From contig OZ037765.1 in the NCBI GenBank assembly GCA_964035545.1, positions 310,001 to 374,000 of the forward strand: a stretch of 64,000 bases of DNA. The letters run 5' to 3'. The position numbers and the translations under genes are program-made. The notes under the pieces were generated by a model. It did no database searches, was not told where the DNA came from, and worked only from the letters and a program-made list of their open reading frames with translations. Of this stretch, positions 25,801 to 37,523 are shown one piece after another (within the stretch, counting starts at the first letter, position 1; each line of letters begins with the position of its first letter). The stretch is from Bugula neritina. Taxonomy: Eukaryota; Animalia; Bryozoa.

Positions 25801-28800
25801 TACAGTGAGAAGGTGTAATATACAGTATAGTTACACTGAGAAGGTGTAATATGCAGCATAGTTACATTGAGAAGGTGTAATATGCAGTATAGTTACAGTG
25901 AGAAGGTGTAATATACAGTATAGTTACAGTGAGAAGGTGTAATATACAGTATAGTTACACTGAGAAGGTGTAATATGCAGTATAGTTACACTGAGAAGGT
26001 GTAATATGCAGTATATATTATGTTGCAGAAGCGGCCAATGACAACTATCGGGTCTCGGTTTGCTAAGAGGGAGCGCCAGGTGCAGCTGGATGAAGAGAGC
26101 ACTTCCAGCGACAGCGAGGTTGACGAGGAGCAAATTATAGCCATGAGAGATGGTAGAGGAGACCTTCTTCGACCTGTCAAGGGAGAGCCTGGCATTACCT
26201 ACAAGGTGCTTGTTTATCTCGTCTCTAAAGTAGATTCCTATGAGCTGGAAAGTTGTTTCTCTCATAGAGATATTCGGCTTTTCATTCATCAACTAACGAG
26301 GAAATTACCTCCAATATTTTACCTGAAATACTGTACATTTGAGTTGTTGATTGTCCATCAAGTAGCTAAGTAATATGCAGTAATATGTAGTAATATATAG
26401 TAATATGTAGTAATATATTATAGTAATATAAAGTAATATGTAGTAATATATAGTAATATGTAGTAATATATAGTAATATGTAGTAATATATAGTAATATA
26501 AAGTAATATGTAGTAATATATAGTAATATATAGTAATATGTAGTAATATAAAGTAATATGTAGTAATATGTAGTAATATATAGTAATATGTAGTAATATA
26601 TTATGACTAAAAGTCCGTGTACTTCTATCAGCTTGTGGATTTCTTTGCCATTTTGAGTTTGACAGAAAGGAGATTTTTAAAATTTAGTTCCAAAGACATT
26701 TTAATATAAAAGCCTGAGGTGCTGCTGTGTTAACATTCTGATGAATATTGGCAGCGGTGCATGGATGAGACCGGAGGAATGTACTCTAAGAAGATGTACA
26801 CTTTGCTGCCAAGGTCATCCGTTCTGAAGAAGAGAAGAGACTGCAGGAAACTGACCTACAGAGAGAAGCTGTTGAGGCATAGTGTCAGCGTAAAGTATGT
26901 GTCAGCATGTAATAGTTGTCAGTATATATAGTATGTGTCAGCGTAAAGTATGTGTCAGTATATAGTATGTGTCAGCGTAAAGTATGTGTCAGTGTATAGT
27001 ATGTGTCAGTATATAATATGTGTCAGCATAAAGTATGTGTCAGTCAATATATAGTATGTGTCAGTATGCAGGATGTGTCAGTATATAGTATATGTCGGTA
27101 TATAAAATGTGTCAGTATATAGTATATGTCAGTATATAATATGTGTCAGTATACAGTATGTGTCAGCATGCAGTATGTGTCAGTATACAGTATGTGTCAG
27201 TATATAGCATGTGTCAACATGTATGTGTCAGTATACAGTACATGTGTCAGTATATAGTATGTGTCAGCACACGTACTCTGTCTCTATCCCTAGAACTGAA
27301 TACAAAGACAACCGAACAGAATCTCAGCGCCAAGTTGAACACGTGAGAAGACAAATGCTCATAGCCTTGGATCTCTCTGATCCGAGAAACACAGGATTCT
27401 GGACTATGATAATCATGTTTATCATAACCTTCTTTATCAGGATTTATGTGCACTATATGGGCCAGTGGCTATACCTCACTGCTCAGCGTATACCAGTCAA
27501 TGGGTGAGTGAGAGCAATATGTCATAGACTGGTATTCCTCCCCTACATGGTTCAGATTATGTTGTAGACTGGTATTCCTCCCCTACATGGTTCAGATTAT
27601 GTTATAGACTGATATTCCTGCCCTACATGGTTCAGATTATGTTATAGACTGATATTCCCGCCCTACATGGTTCAGATTATGTTATAGACTGGTATTCCTC
27701 CCCTACATAGTTCAGATTATGTTATAGACTGATATTCCTGCCCTACATGGTTCAGATTATGTTATAGACTGGTATTCCTCCCCTACATGGTTCAGATTAT
27801 GTTATAGACTGGTATTCCTGCCCTACATGGTTCAGATTATGTTATAGACTGGTATTCCTCCCCTACATGGTTCAGATTATGTTATAGACTGATATTCCTG
27901 CCCTACATGGTTCAGATTATGTTATAGACTGGTATTCCTCCCCTACATGGTTCAGATTATGTTATAGACTGGTATTCCTCCCCTACATGGTTCAGATTAT
28001 GTTATATAGACTGGTATTCCTTCCCTACATGGTTCAGATTATGTTATAGACTGGTATTCCTGCCCTACATGGTTCAGATTATGTTATAGACTGGTATTCC
28101 TGCCCTACATGATTCAGATTATGTTATAGACTGGTATTCCTGCCCTACATGGTTCAGATTATGTTATAGACTGGTATTCCTCCCCTACATGGTTCAGATT
28201 ATGTTATAGACTGATATTCCTCCCCTACATGGTTCAGATTATGTTATAGACTGGTATTCCTGCCCTACATGGTTCAGATTATGTTATAGACTGGTATTCC
28301 TCCCCTACATGGTTCAGATTATGTTATAGACTGGTATTCCTGCCCTACATGGTTCAGATTATGTTATAGACTGGTATTCCTGCCCTACATGGTTCAGATT
28401 ATGTTGTAGACTGGTATTCCTGCCCTACACGGTTCAGATTATGTTGTAGACTGGTATTCCTGCCCTACATGGTTCAGATTATGTTATATAGACTGGTATT
28501 CCTTCCCTACATGGTTCAGATTATGTTATAGACTGATATTCCTGCCCTACATGGTTCAGATTATGTTATAGACTGGTATTCCTGCCCTACATGGTTCAGA
28601 TTATGTTATATAGACTGGTATTCCTCCCCTACATAGTTCAGATTATGTTATAGACTGATATTCCTGCCCTACATGGTTCAGATTATGTTATAGACTGGTA
28701 TTCCTCCCCTACATAGCTCAGATTATGTTATAGACTGATATTCCTGCCCTACATGGTTCAGATTATGTTATAGACTGGTATTCCTCCCCTACATAGCTCA

Positions 28801-31274
28801 GATTATGTTATAGACTGATATTCCTGCCCTACATGGTTCAGATTATGTTATAGACTGGTATTCCTCCCCTACATGGTTCAGATTATGTTATAGACTGGTA
28901 TTCCTCCCCTACATGGTTCAGATTATGTTATATAGACTGGTATTCCTTCCCTACATGGTTCAGATTATGTTATAGACTGGTATTCCTGCCCTACATGGTT
29001 CAGATTATGTTATAGACTGGTATTCCTGCCCTACATGGTTCAGATTATGTTATAGACTGGTATTCCTGCCCTACATGGTTCAGATTATGTTATAGACTGG
29101 TATTCCTCCCCTACATGGTTCAGATTATGTTATAGACTGATATTCCTCCCCTACATGGTTCAGATTATGTTATAGACTGGTATTCCTGCCCTACATGGTT
29201 CAGATTATGTTGTAGACTGGTATTCCTGCCCTACATGGTTCAGATTATGTACCGGAACACGCTGCTCCACACTATAGAAGAGATCTTTGTCGTAGCCTTT
29301 GGCCCTCTCTCCGTCTTCTTCATCTTTGTGTTGGGGGTCATGCTGTGCGCCCTCACTCAGAGAGCTCTGGGTGGCTTCCCCCAGATTGGGCACAAGTTCC
29401 TCTTCTGTTTTGGAGTTCAGGCCATGATGGACCCCTTCTTTATAGCTGTCGTAGATGCTGCCATTAAGGTACTTTCTCAGGGCATCACTTGAGTATTACT
29501 ATGATATACTGGGTACTTTATACATACACAATAACTGTGTTATGTTTCAATACATGATACTCTCTATACTAGTTGTATTTGGTGTGAAACTTAGAGTTGG
29601 GACCTTCCAAACCTAGACGTAGACGGGGCGTTAGCTGACTTCTCAAAGATGTATTGGCACTTCAAGAGAACTGAAGGAACAGGGATTGGTGGAATATTTG
29701 TAACCTCCGTCATCTACTTGTTCACTCTGTTCATCTCCTCCTCTGTACTCTACATGTACTTTCTAAGGTAAGTATCACCTGTACTCTACATGTACTCTCT
29801 AAGGTAAGTATCATCTGTACTCTACATGTACTCCCTAAGGTAAGTATCATCTGTACTTTACATGTACTCTCTAAGGTAAGTACCCTCTGTGCTCTACATG
29901 TACTCTCTAAGGTAAGTATCATATGTACTCTCTAAGGTAAGTATCATATGTACTCTACATGTACTCTCTAAGGTAAGTATCATATGTACTCTACATGTAC
30001 TCTCTAAGGTAAGTATGATCTGTACTCTACATGTACTCCCTGAGGTAAATATCCTCTGTACTCTACATGTATTCCCTGAGGTAAGTATCCTCTGTACTCT
30101 ACATGTACTCTCTAAGGTAAGTGTGATTATCACCTGCTATAAAATATGAATATGTGAATCAGGTTTGATGAATCATGTTTTCTAATGACAAAGCATCAGT
30201 CTATTTGCAGACGTAGTCATTCAATATGGCCGACCATTCATTATATTTTGTTGTAGGCTACATAACAATGGCCGCATGCTGGACGTGTACTGGAGGTTAC
30301 ACGCATCAGAGAGTGAGTTGTATGTGCCTTATGACCTGGAGTTGTCATTCCCCGAGCTAGACGGTATCTGTAAGAAAGCTGATCAGTGGAGGGGAGAAGA
30401 AGGGGAGAGGAGGAAAGTATCGGTCTACGACTATCTGTGGGAAGAGGAATACGTAAGTATACGAGAAGATAATTTCTCAACTAATTACAAGACACATCAG
30501 CTATACTAGAGACCAGTGTGAAGAACCTGAGCTAAAGTTAGAGTAAATCAATTCTCATTCTATGTTGATGTCTTGCAGGAAGAAGATGGGAAAACTGTGA
30601 CTAGAAAAGAGAAGACAACTCATATTTCTATACACACAGTTCACCTTGATGGACTGAGAGAGTTGTATAGGCATTTCCTAGTAGCAGAAAATGGGGCCAT
30701 AGTGGAGGTACAGAAATATATATTTATATATAAATTAAAAATTGTCTTATGTGATCATGACCATTGGATATTATGTATATTATATACTGATAGAGTAGAT
30801 ATAATGTATGTATATTATATATTGATAGAGTAGATATAATGTATGTATATTATATATTGACAGAGTATTTGTAATGCAGGTATTTGGTGAACAAGCTGTA
30901 ACACAGTTGGAAGGGCGTACCAAAACACCCTTACCTAAGCAATCCAACTTTGGTTCCCAGCTAAGCATTCATAAGGTATATACTGGAATAGTTACTTACT
31001 AATTGACATGAAGCTATTGTAAACAAAGTTCCAACATACTAGAGGAGTTGTCTGCTCTATTCAACAGGAATATTCACACTCGGTAGCACCAGACATCACA
31101 CTTATGTGAATGAGTCATTCCCAGTCATTACTTGTACTATTGTAGGTCAAAGGTCGGTGTACTGTGTTTACTAGAGCTGGATTCAAAGAGGACACAACTC
31201 TAACAAGTGACACACTGGAGAGCAGACAATCCCCAGATAGTAAAATAGACACATTATACCAGACTAATAATTAG
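16886..31274 (+). CDS. OFCC1: OFCC1/ojoplano-like multi-pass membrane protein, ~19 coding exons
   Basis: Phase-consistent GT-AG exons: 16886-16991, 17176-17435, 17800-17932, 23048-23187, 23273-23414, 24020-24162, 24292-24461, 24611-24742, 24899-25033, 25200-25392, 26029-26205, 26755-~26889 (donor uncertain), 27268-27503, 29216-29468, 29595-29767, 30257-30452, 30579-30707, 30880-30975, 31146-31274 (last exon less certain). Coiled coil, then TPQPVQLKLKTLRGVKDKLP, a C2-like beta region, and a TM region with RIYVHYMGQWLYL and LYMYFLRLHNNGRMLDVYWRL. Family name is from memory. Confidence 0.72.
17445..17790. repeat. 24-bp AT-rich minisatellite filling an intron
   Basis: Unit TATACTATGTTATATAATATACTA, ~14 copies; source of the spurious MLYNILYT ORFs. 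Confidence 0.9.
18417..21736 (+). CDS. Ly6/uPAR (three-finger, quiver/sleepless-like) GPI-anchored protein, ~125 aa, nested gene; exons 18417-18474, 21235-21347, 21530-21736
   Basis: Signal peptide MKLSVCLFLLCSVMLHFSLA with a phase-1 intron; mature LKCYNC...CCDTNKCN with exactly 10 Cys; hydrophobic GPI-signal-like tail; AATAAA at ~21864; CCAAT-like boxes near 18220-18250. Confidence 0.92.
20488..21250. repeat. ~52-57-bp minisatellite spanning the acceptor of Ly6 exon 2
   Basis: About 14 units. The first unit has TATTCACAG|CTCTCAAGTGCTACA, a copy of the true junction TATTCTCAG|CTCTCAAGTGCTACA. Confidence 0.88.
23405..23985. repeat. 29-bp minisatellite repeating a splice donor (CCAG|GTGAAT)
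   Basis: Unit CCAGGTGAATATAGAATAGAGAGAAGGTA, ~19 copies, beginning at the exon end. Confidence 0.92.
25400..26015. repeat. 31-bp intronic minisatellite
   Basis: Unit GAGAAGGTGTAATATGCAGTATAGTTACACT, ~19 copies, filling the intron. Confidence 0.9.
26372..26600. repeat. 10-bp repeat (TAGTAATATR)n
   Basis: About 22 tandem units. Confidence 0.9.
26880..27270. repeat. Degenerate ~17-bp repeat (AGTATGTGTCAGTATAT)n filling an intron
   Basis: Each unit holds a GTATGT donor-like and a TCAG acceptor-like word. Confidence 0.8.
27520..29250. repeat. 40-bp minisatellite made of an acceptor plus the first 34 nt of the downstream exon
   Basis: Unit ACTGGTATTCCT(C/G)CCCTACATGGTTCAGATTATGTTATAG, ~43 copies; the last copy is the start of exon 29216. 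Confidence 0.95.
29744..30122. repeat. 36-bp minisatellite repeating an exon end plus donor (CTAAG|GTAAGT)
   Basis: Unit CTGTACTCTACATGTACTCTCTAAGGTAAGTATCAT, ~11 copies. Confidence 0.92.
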
Positions 31275-32136
31275 ACAAGTTTCCTACTTTTATATTCATA
31301 ATAATTATTATACAATACATGTATTTTATATTCATAATAAACATTATAAAATACATTTATTTTTATTATAAAAGTTAGATACACTAAAATATTTACTAAT
31401 TCCTTTATAATATTATTTAAACTTGTGTTTTTACCTGTTTAAATCCCTCACCTGCACACGTCGTAATATTTTTACAATAAAATTTTTATGATATTTATCA
31501 GATGTTTAATATCTATATTACTATTTTATTCTGAATACCAGATATAAAATATTTCTATATAAAACTTATGACTAAGAATTCTATAAATATAGGCAAACTC
31601 TTTCACCTGAGATGTAATTCTACTGAAATAAACATATCGCTGCCCTGTGCACTGCTTCTGCCTTTTATTTAATATTTGATGAGTCGTACTTCCTGTTTAA
31701 CAAGAAGTTACTGATACGGTTGAAAATATATTCTCAATCTGCACCTCATAATCAGCAGAATAAAGATTAATAATTTATTAATAAAGTAATATTAGGAAAA
31801 TGAAGGTAGTAGTACAATATAGCTATAATATACATCTTACAGGTTATAATTTAATGACAGTAAATATTACCATAACAATAATTAATATAATACAAACAGT
31901 TGATGTGATGGGTGCCAGTAGAAATAGCATAGATAGAAATGACGCAAATGGAGAAGTATGTAAAATGGTGCATTTTCATTTGAGGCAAATTTAACATCAG
32001 AGTGACATTTTTAAATACTTTTCCATTTATGCCATTTGTGTCTAAAATTGATGTGATGAATAGAAGCTAATATGATGAATGTGATGAATAGAAGCTATTC
32101 ATGTGATGAATAGAAGCTAATAGTGGCCACAAAGAA

Positions 32137-32585
32137 GAGGCTGTGTAAGGAGAGGCTGTGTAAGGAGAGGCTGTGTAAGAAGAGGCTGTATAAGGAGAGG
32201 CTGTGTAAAGAGAAGCTGTATAAGGAGAGGCTGTGTAAGGAGAAGCTGTGTATGGAGAGGCCGTGTAAGGAGAGGCTGTGTAAGGAGAGGCTGTGTAAGG
32301 AGATGCTGTGTAAGGAGAGGCTGTGTAAGGAGAGGCTGTGTAAGGAGAGGCCGTGTAAGGAGAGGCTGTGTAAGGAGAGGCTGTGTAAGGAGATGCTGTG
32401 TAAGGAGAAGCTGTGTAAGGAGAGGCTGTGTAAGGAGAGGCTGTGTAAGAAGAAGCTGTGTAAGGAGAGGCTGTGTAAGAAGAGGCTGTGTAAGGAGAGG
32501 CTATAAAAGAAGAGGCCGTGTAAGGAGAGGCTGTATAAGGAGAGGATGTGTAAAGAGAGGCCATGTAAGGAGAAGCTGTGTAAGC
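32137..32585. repeat. 15-bp minisatellite (AGGCTGTGTAAGGAG)n, copy A
   Basis: About 30 units; source of the KERLC/TASPY/HSLSL pseudo-ORFs. Confidence 0.93.
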
Positions 32586-33142
32586 TGTTTATCACAATGA
32601 GAGGGGAAACACAGAAAGAATATCTCCTTGAAAGAGAGAGTGGTCTTTCTAAGGTTGGCTGGAGATAATGCCAACTGAACAGCTAATGGGACGTGCTCAT
32701 ACCTCACCCCTGTATCAGTTACGTATATTCTAGTTCTAGTGGCAATGCTATAGAACTTTCTCAGTTGACTTGCAGAGTTTAATGAGCTAGTAGAAAGTAA
32801 TATATTATATGTAGCCTTTCTTTAACTGCAGTGTATTATATATATTGCATAGGGGAATCAAATTACAGTCCATATTAAACTTTTTATTTACCTCTTTATA
32901 TGTGAATTGCCAATTGTTTTACATATAATATATTATATTATTTTTACACTATATTCTATGCATATATATATTTAGCTTGAACCAAACTGTTGCAATAACA
33001 AAGCCGACAAGATAATTATAACATATTGATATAATATATATAATATATTGTAATCACAGAATTATATAATGTTATATTATTACTATATATAGTATCAAAA
33101 GAAATACATAATAAGATATGTAAGATACAGATGTAGAAAGGC

Positions 33143-34121
33143 TATATAGTTCATCAGATAATACATATGATAACAGTATACTGTATATAGTGTATAGTTC
33201 ATCAGATAATATATATGATAACAGTATACTGTATATAGTATAACCAGTATAGTTCATCAGATAATATATATGATAACAGTATACTGTATATAGTATAACC
33301 AGTATAGTTCATCAGATAATATATATGATAACAGTATACTGTATATAGTATAACCAGTATAGTTCATCAGATAGTATATATGATAACAGTATACTGTATA
33401 TAGTATAACCAGTATAGTTCATCAGATAATATATATGATAACAGTATACTGTATATAGTATAACCAGTATAGTTTATCAGATAATATATATGATAACAGT
33501 ATACTGTATATAGTATAACCAGTATAGTTCATCAGATAATATATATGATAACAGTATACTGTATATAGTATAACCAGTATAGTTCATCAGATAATATATA
33601 TGATAACAGTATACTGTATATAGTATAACCAGTATAGTTCATCAGATAATATATATGATAACAGTATACTGTATATAGTATAACCAGTATAGTTCATCAG
33701 ATAATATATATGATAACAGTATACTGTATATAGTATAACCAGTATAGTTCATCAGATAATATATATGATAACAGTATACTGTATATAGTATAACCAGTAT
33801 AGTTCATCAGATAATATATATGATAACAGTAAACTGTATATAGTATAACCAGTATAGTTCATCAGATAATATATATGATAACAGTATACTGTATATAGTA
33901 TAACTAGTATAGTTCATCAGATAGTATATATGATAACAGTATACTGTATATAGGATATAGTTCATCAGATAATATATATGATAACAGTATACTGTATATA
34001 GGATATAGTTCATCAGATAATATATATGATAACAGTATACTGTATATAGTATAACCAGTATAGTTCATCAGATAGTATATATGATAACAGTATACTGTAT
34101 ACAGGATATAGTTTATCAGAT
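33143..34121. repeat. 55-bp minisatellite overlapping the stop codon and 3' UTR of Roco-caspase A
   Basis: About 18 units of TATAGTTCATCAGATAATATATATGATAACAGTATACTGTATATAGTATAACCAG; only ~5 units in copy B (48265-48540). Confidence 0.9.
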
Positions 34122-34269
34122 TCCGTGAAACTCAGGAAACAGATACAACTTCCTGTCCCTCGTCAGAGTATTCACGACTATTGGAGTCTGCGTCACGTAA
34201 ACTCGTGGGTTTCTCGCTCTGAGTTTCCCCGTTATTCTCCTCACTCTGCCCTTCACCTTCAAACAGTTC

Positions 34270-35560
34270 ATACGTATTATATACTGTAGATATATATTAT
34301 ATACTGTAGATACGTATTATATACTGTAGATATTTATTATATACTGTATATATGTACTATATACTGTAGATATATACTATATACTGTAGATATATATTAT
34401 ATACTGTAAATATGTATTATATACTGTAGATATATATTATATACTGTAGATATGTATTATATACTGTAGATATGTATTATATACTGTAGATATTTATTAT
34501 ATACTGTAGATATGTACTATATACTGTAGATATGTATTATATACTGTAGATATATATTATATACTGTAGATATATATTATATACTGTAGATATATATTAT
34601 ATACTGTAGATATGTATTATATACTGTAGATATATACTATATACTGTAGATATATATTATATACTGTAAATATGTATTATATACTGTAGATATGTATTAT
34701 ATACTGTAGATATGTATTATATACTGTAGATATTTATTATATACTGTAGATATATACTATATACTGTAGATATATATTATATACTGTAAATATGTATTAT
34801 ATACTGTAGATATATATTATATACTGTAGATATGTATTATATACTGTAGATATATACTATATACTGTAAATATGTATTGTATACTGTAGATATTTATTAT
34901 ATACTGTAGATATATACTATATACTGTAGATATGTATTATATACTGTAGATATATATTATATACTGTAGATATATACTATATACTGTAGATATATATTAT
35001 ATACTGTAAATATGTATTATATACTGTAGATATATATTATATACTGTAGATATGTATTATATACTGTAGATATATACTATATACTGTAGATATATATTAT
35101 ATACTGTAGATATGTATTATATACTGTAGATATATATTATATACTGTAGATATGTATTATATACTGTAGATATGTATTATATCACTGTAGATATGTATTA
35201 TATACTGTAGATATGTATTATATATTGTAGATATATATTATATACTGTAGATATATATTGTAGATATATAATATATACTGTAGATATATGTTTATATACT
35301 ATAGATATATATTGTAGATATATATTATATACTGTAGATATGTATTATATACTGTAGATATATGTTATATACTGTAGATATATTTTGTAGATATATAATA
35401 TATATTGTAGATATATGTTTATATACTATAGATATATATTGTAGATATATATTATATACTGTAGATATATATCATGTACTGTAGATATATGTTATATACT
35501 GTAGATATATATTATATACTGTAGATATACATATTATATACTGCTGATATACATATTATA
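34270..35560. repeat. 20-bp minisatellite (ATACTGTAGATATATATTAT)n filling the last caspase intron
   Basis: About 60 units in A versus ~17 in B (48690-49025); each unit has CTACAG on the minus strand. Confidence 0.92.
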
Positions 35561-35967
35561 TGCTACACTTACAACATGAAACAGCTTATCTAGGTCACGG
35601 TGACAAGCGTGTCTGTACAGAGTCTTCACCAGAGTTCTCATGACTAGAGATCCATAGTGACCAAACAACATCGCAGGGCAGTCTGTTGGAATAAACAATA
35701 ACATCAGTATTTAATAACAATGAGATCATGTGACTAGAGAAGTCATGTGACTGGAGAGATCATGTGACTGGAGAGATCATGTGACTAAATGAATAAGACT
35801 CAGAATTTCGTCACTACAGGTAATTCTTACTTTCAAAGCAGGAGTAGAGAATGAGGAGGTCATCAACATCAAAGTTCCTCTGTCCAGTTGATGTCTCAGC
35901 TTCCTGTTGACTCACTCTGAGAGCAGAGAGTTCTTGTGGAGGAGACACTCTCTTTGTTGGACTTCAA

Positions 35968-36350
35968 TAACTGTTTGACCTAGATATACAGTAGATAATT
36001 ATATATAACTGGTTGACCTAGATATACAGTAGATCATTATATATAACTGGTTGACCTAGATATACAGTAGATAATTATATATAACTGGTTGACCTACATA
36101 TACAGTAGATAATTATATATAACTGGTTGACCTAGATATACAGTAGATAATTATATATAACTGGTTGACCTAGATATACAGTAGATAATTATATATAACT
36201 GGTTGACCTAAATATACAGTAGATAATTATATATAACTGGTTGACCTAAATATACAGTAGATAATTATATACAACTGGTTGACCTAGATGTACAGTAAAT
36301 TATTATATAAAACCGTTTGACCTAGATATACAGTAGATAATTATATACTG
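35968..36350. repeat. 38-bp minisatellite spanning a minus-strand acceptor (TCTAG|GTCAACC)
   Basis: Unit GGTTGACCTAGATATACAGTAGATAATTATATATAACT; ~10 copies in A and ~14 in B (49556-50080). Confidence 0.9.
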
Positions 36351-37299
36351 ATACACTCTTATTACACAGGATAAGATAAAGGTATGAATTATATTTATCA
36401 GTATCAGCAATTTAATATAATATTCCAGAACTAAGTGAGAGCTACAAGAAATACACTCACCAACTCTACATGCTTGCATCACCACCACCTTAGGTTTACC
36501 AGCCATAGATGGAAAGTTAGCAGAGTTGAGTAACTTATATATATGTGACAGATAGACAGGGCTGCCATCTACTCCAGAGACAATGCCATTAGCTCCGTGT
36601 GCAAATATAAACAGGAAGAACACACCGTAACGGTTGTGGATCTCATCTTTTGTAACATCCACAATGCATTGCAGCATTTCCTGAAGATAAAATATCTCCA
36701 ATTTGATCAAAGAGAACATCGGTGTCGCAGTTAAAGATTAACTTAGAGAAGATCTAGATGTGAAAAAATAAAGGAAAAAGGTAGAAAAGGAGTGAATTCA
36801 TAGGAGGTACCTCAGCTGTGAGATTCTCCTTTTTGACAGGTTCCAGTCCCAACTTCCTACAGAGAATGAACGTATTCTTTAGATCAATGTGAGACCCTTT
36901 CCTCTCTCCTCCTTCATCATACATTCTGTTGTTTATAATCAGAGCTTTTCCTCTCACAGGACCCGACATCTTGTAGATCTACAGATAAGCATACATACAT
37001 GGTGGGTGCACATACAGGGTATTTGCAAGCATTGTATCATACTATAAATATGGTAACACACATAGTAGGCAGTGGCACTGTACATAAAGCAATGTCAATC
37101 AGAGTGATATGAACTATACAAACTTTTGATGTGTTTCTATAGCGAGATTTAATTCTTGTATTGGTAGTCGGAGTGACTGTTAAATGAGTGAGATCTCCCT
37201 CACAGGCGTCATTAAAGTCCTCTTCACTGGAGAGATCACTGAGTTCATCATCTGCTGGATGACCGGATGTAGCTCCAGGTACTCCTGTAGTACCTGTGA

Positions 37300-37523
37300 G
37301 TAACATATCTACAGATAGTAGTTTCTTACAGGTATTACCTACAGGTAGTAGTTTCTTACAGGTATTACCTACAGATAGTAGTTTCTTACAGGTATTACCT
37401 ACAGATAGTAGTTGCTTACATGTATTACCTACAGATAGTAGTTTCTTACAGGTATTACCTACAGGTAGTAGTTTCTTACAGGTATTACCTACAGATAGTA
37501 GCTGTTTACAGGTATTACCTACA
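37300..37523. repeat. 30-bp intronic minisatellite
   Basis: Unit ACAGATAGTAGTTTCTTACAGGTATTACCT, ~7 copies; counterpart at 51005-51220. Confidence 0.88.

Noticed and set aside
27520-29250. CRISPR-like array of ~40-bp repeats
   Set aside because: Units abut with no unique spacers, there are no cas genes, the context is a eukaryotic intron, and the unit derives from the adjacent exon.
32067-32595. Repetitive ORFs (KERLC, TASPY, HSLSL; also 47053-47850 including RRGCV)
   Set aside because: Translations of a 15-bp minisatellite that is open in several frames; no splice or domain support, and copy number differs between duplicates.
36303-36969. Independent caspase gene downstream of a Roco gene
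   Set aside because: No separate start or prodomain was found, and phase-consistent linker exons join it to the COR exon in both copies. Not fully excluded without transcripts.
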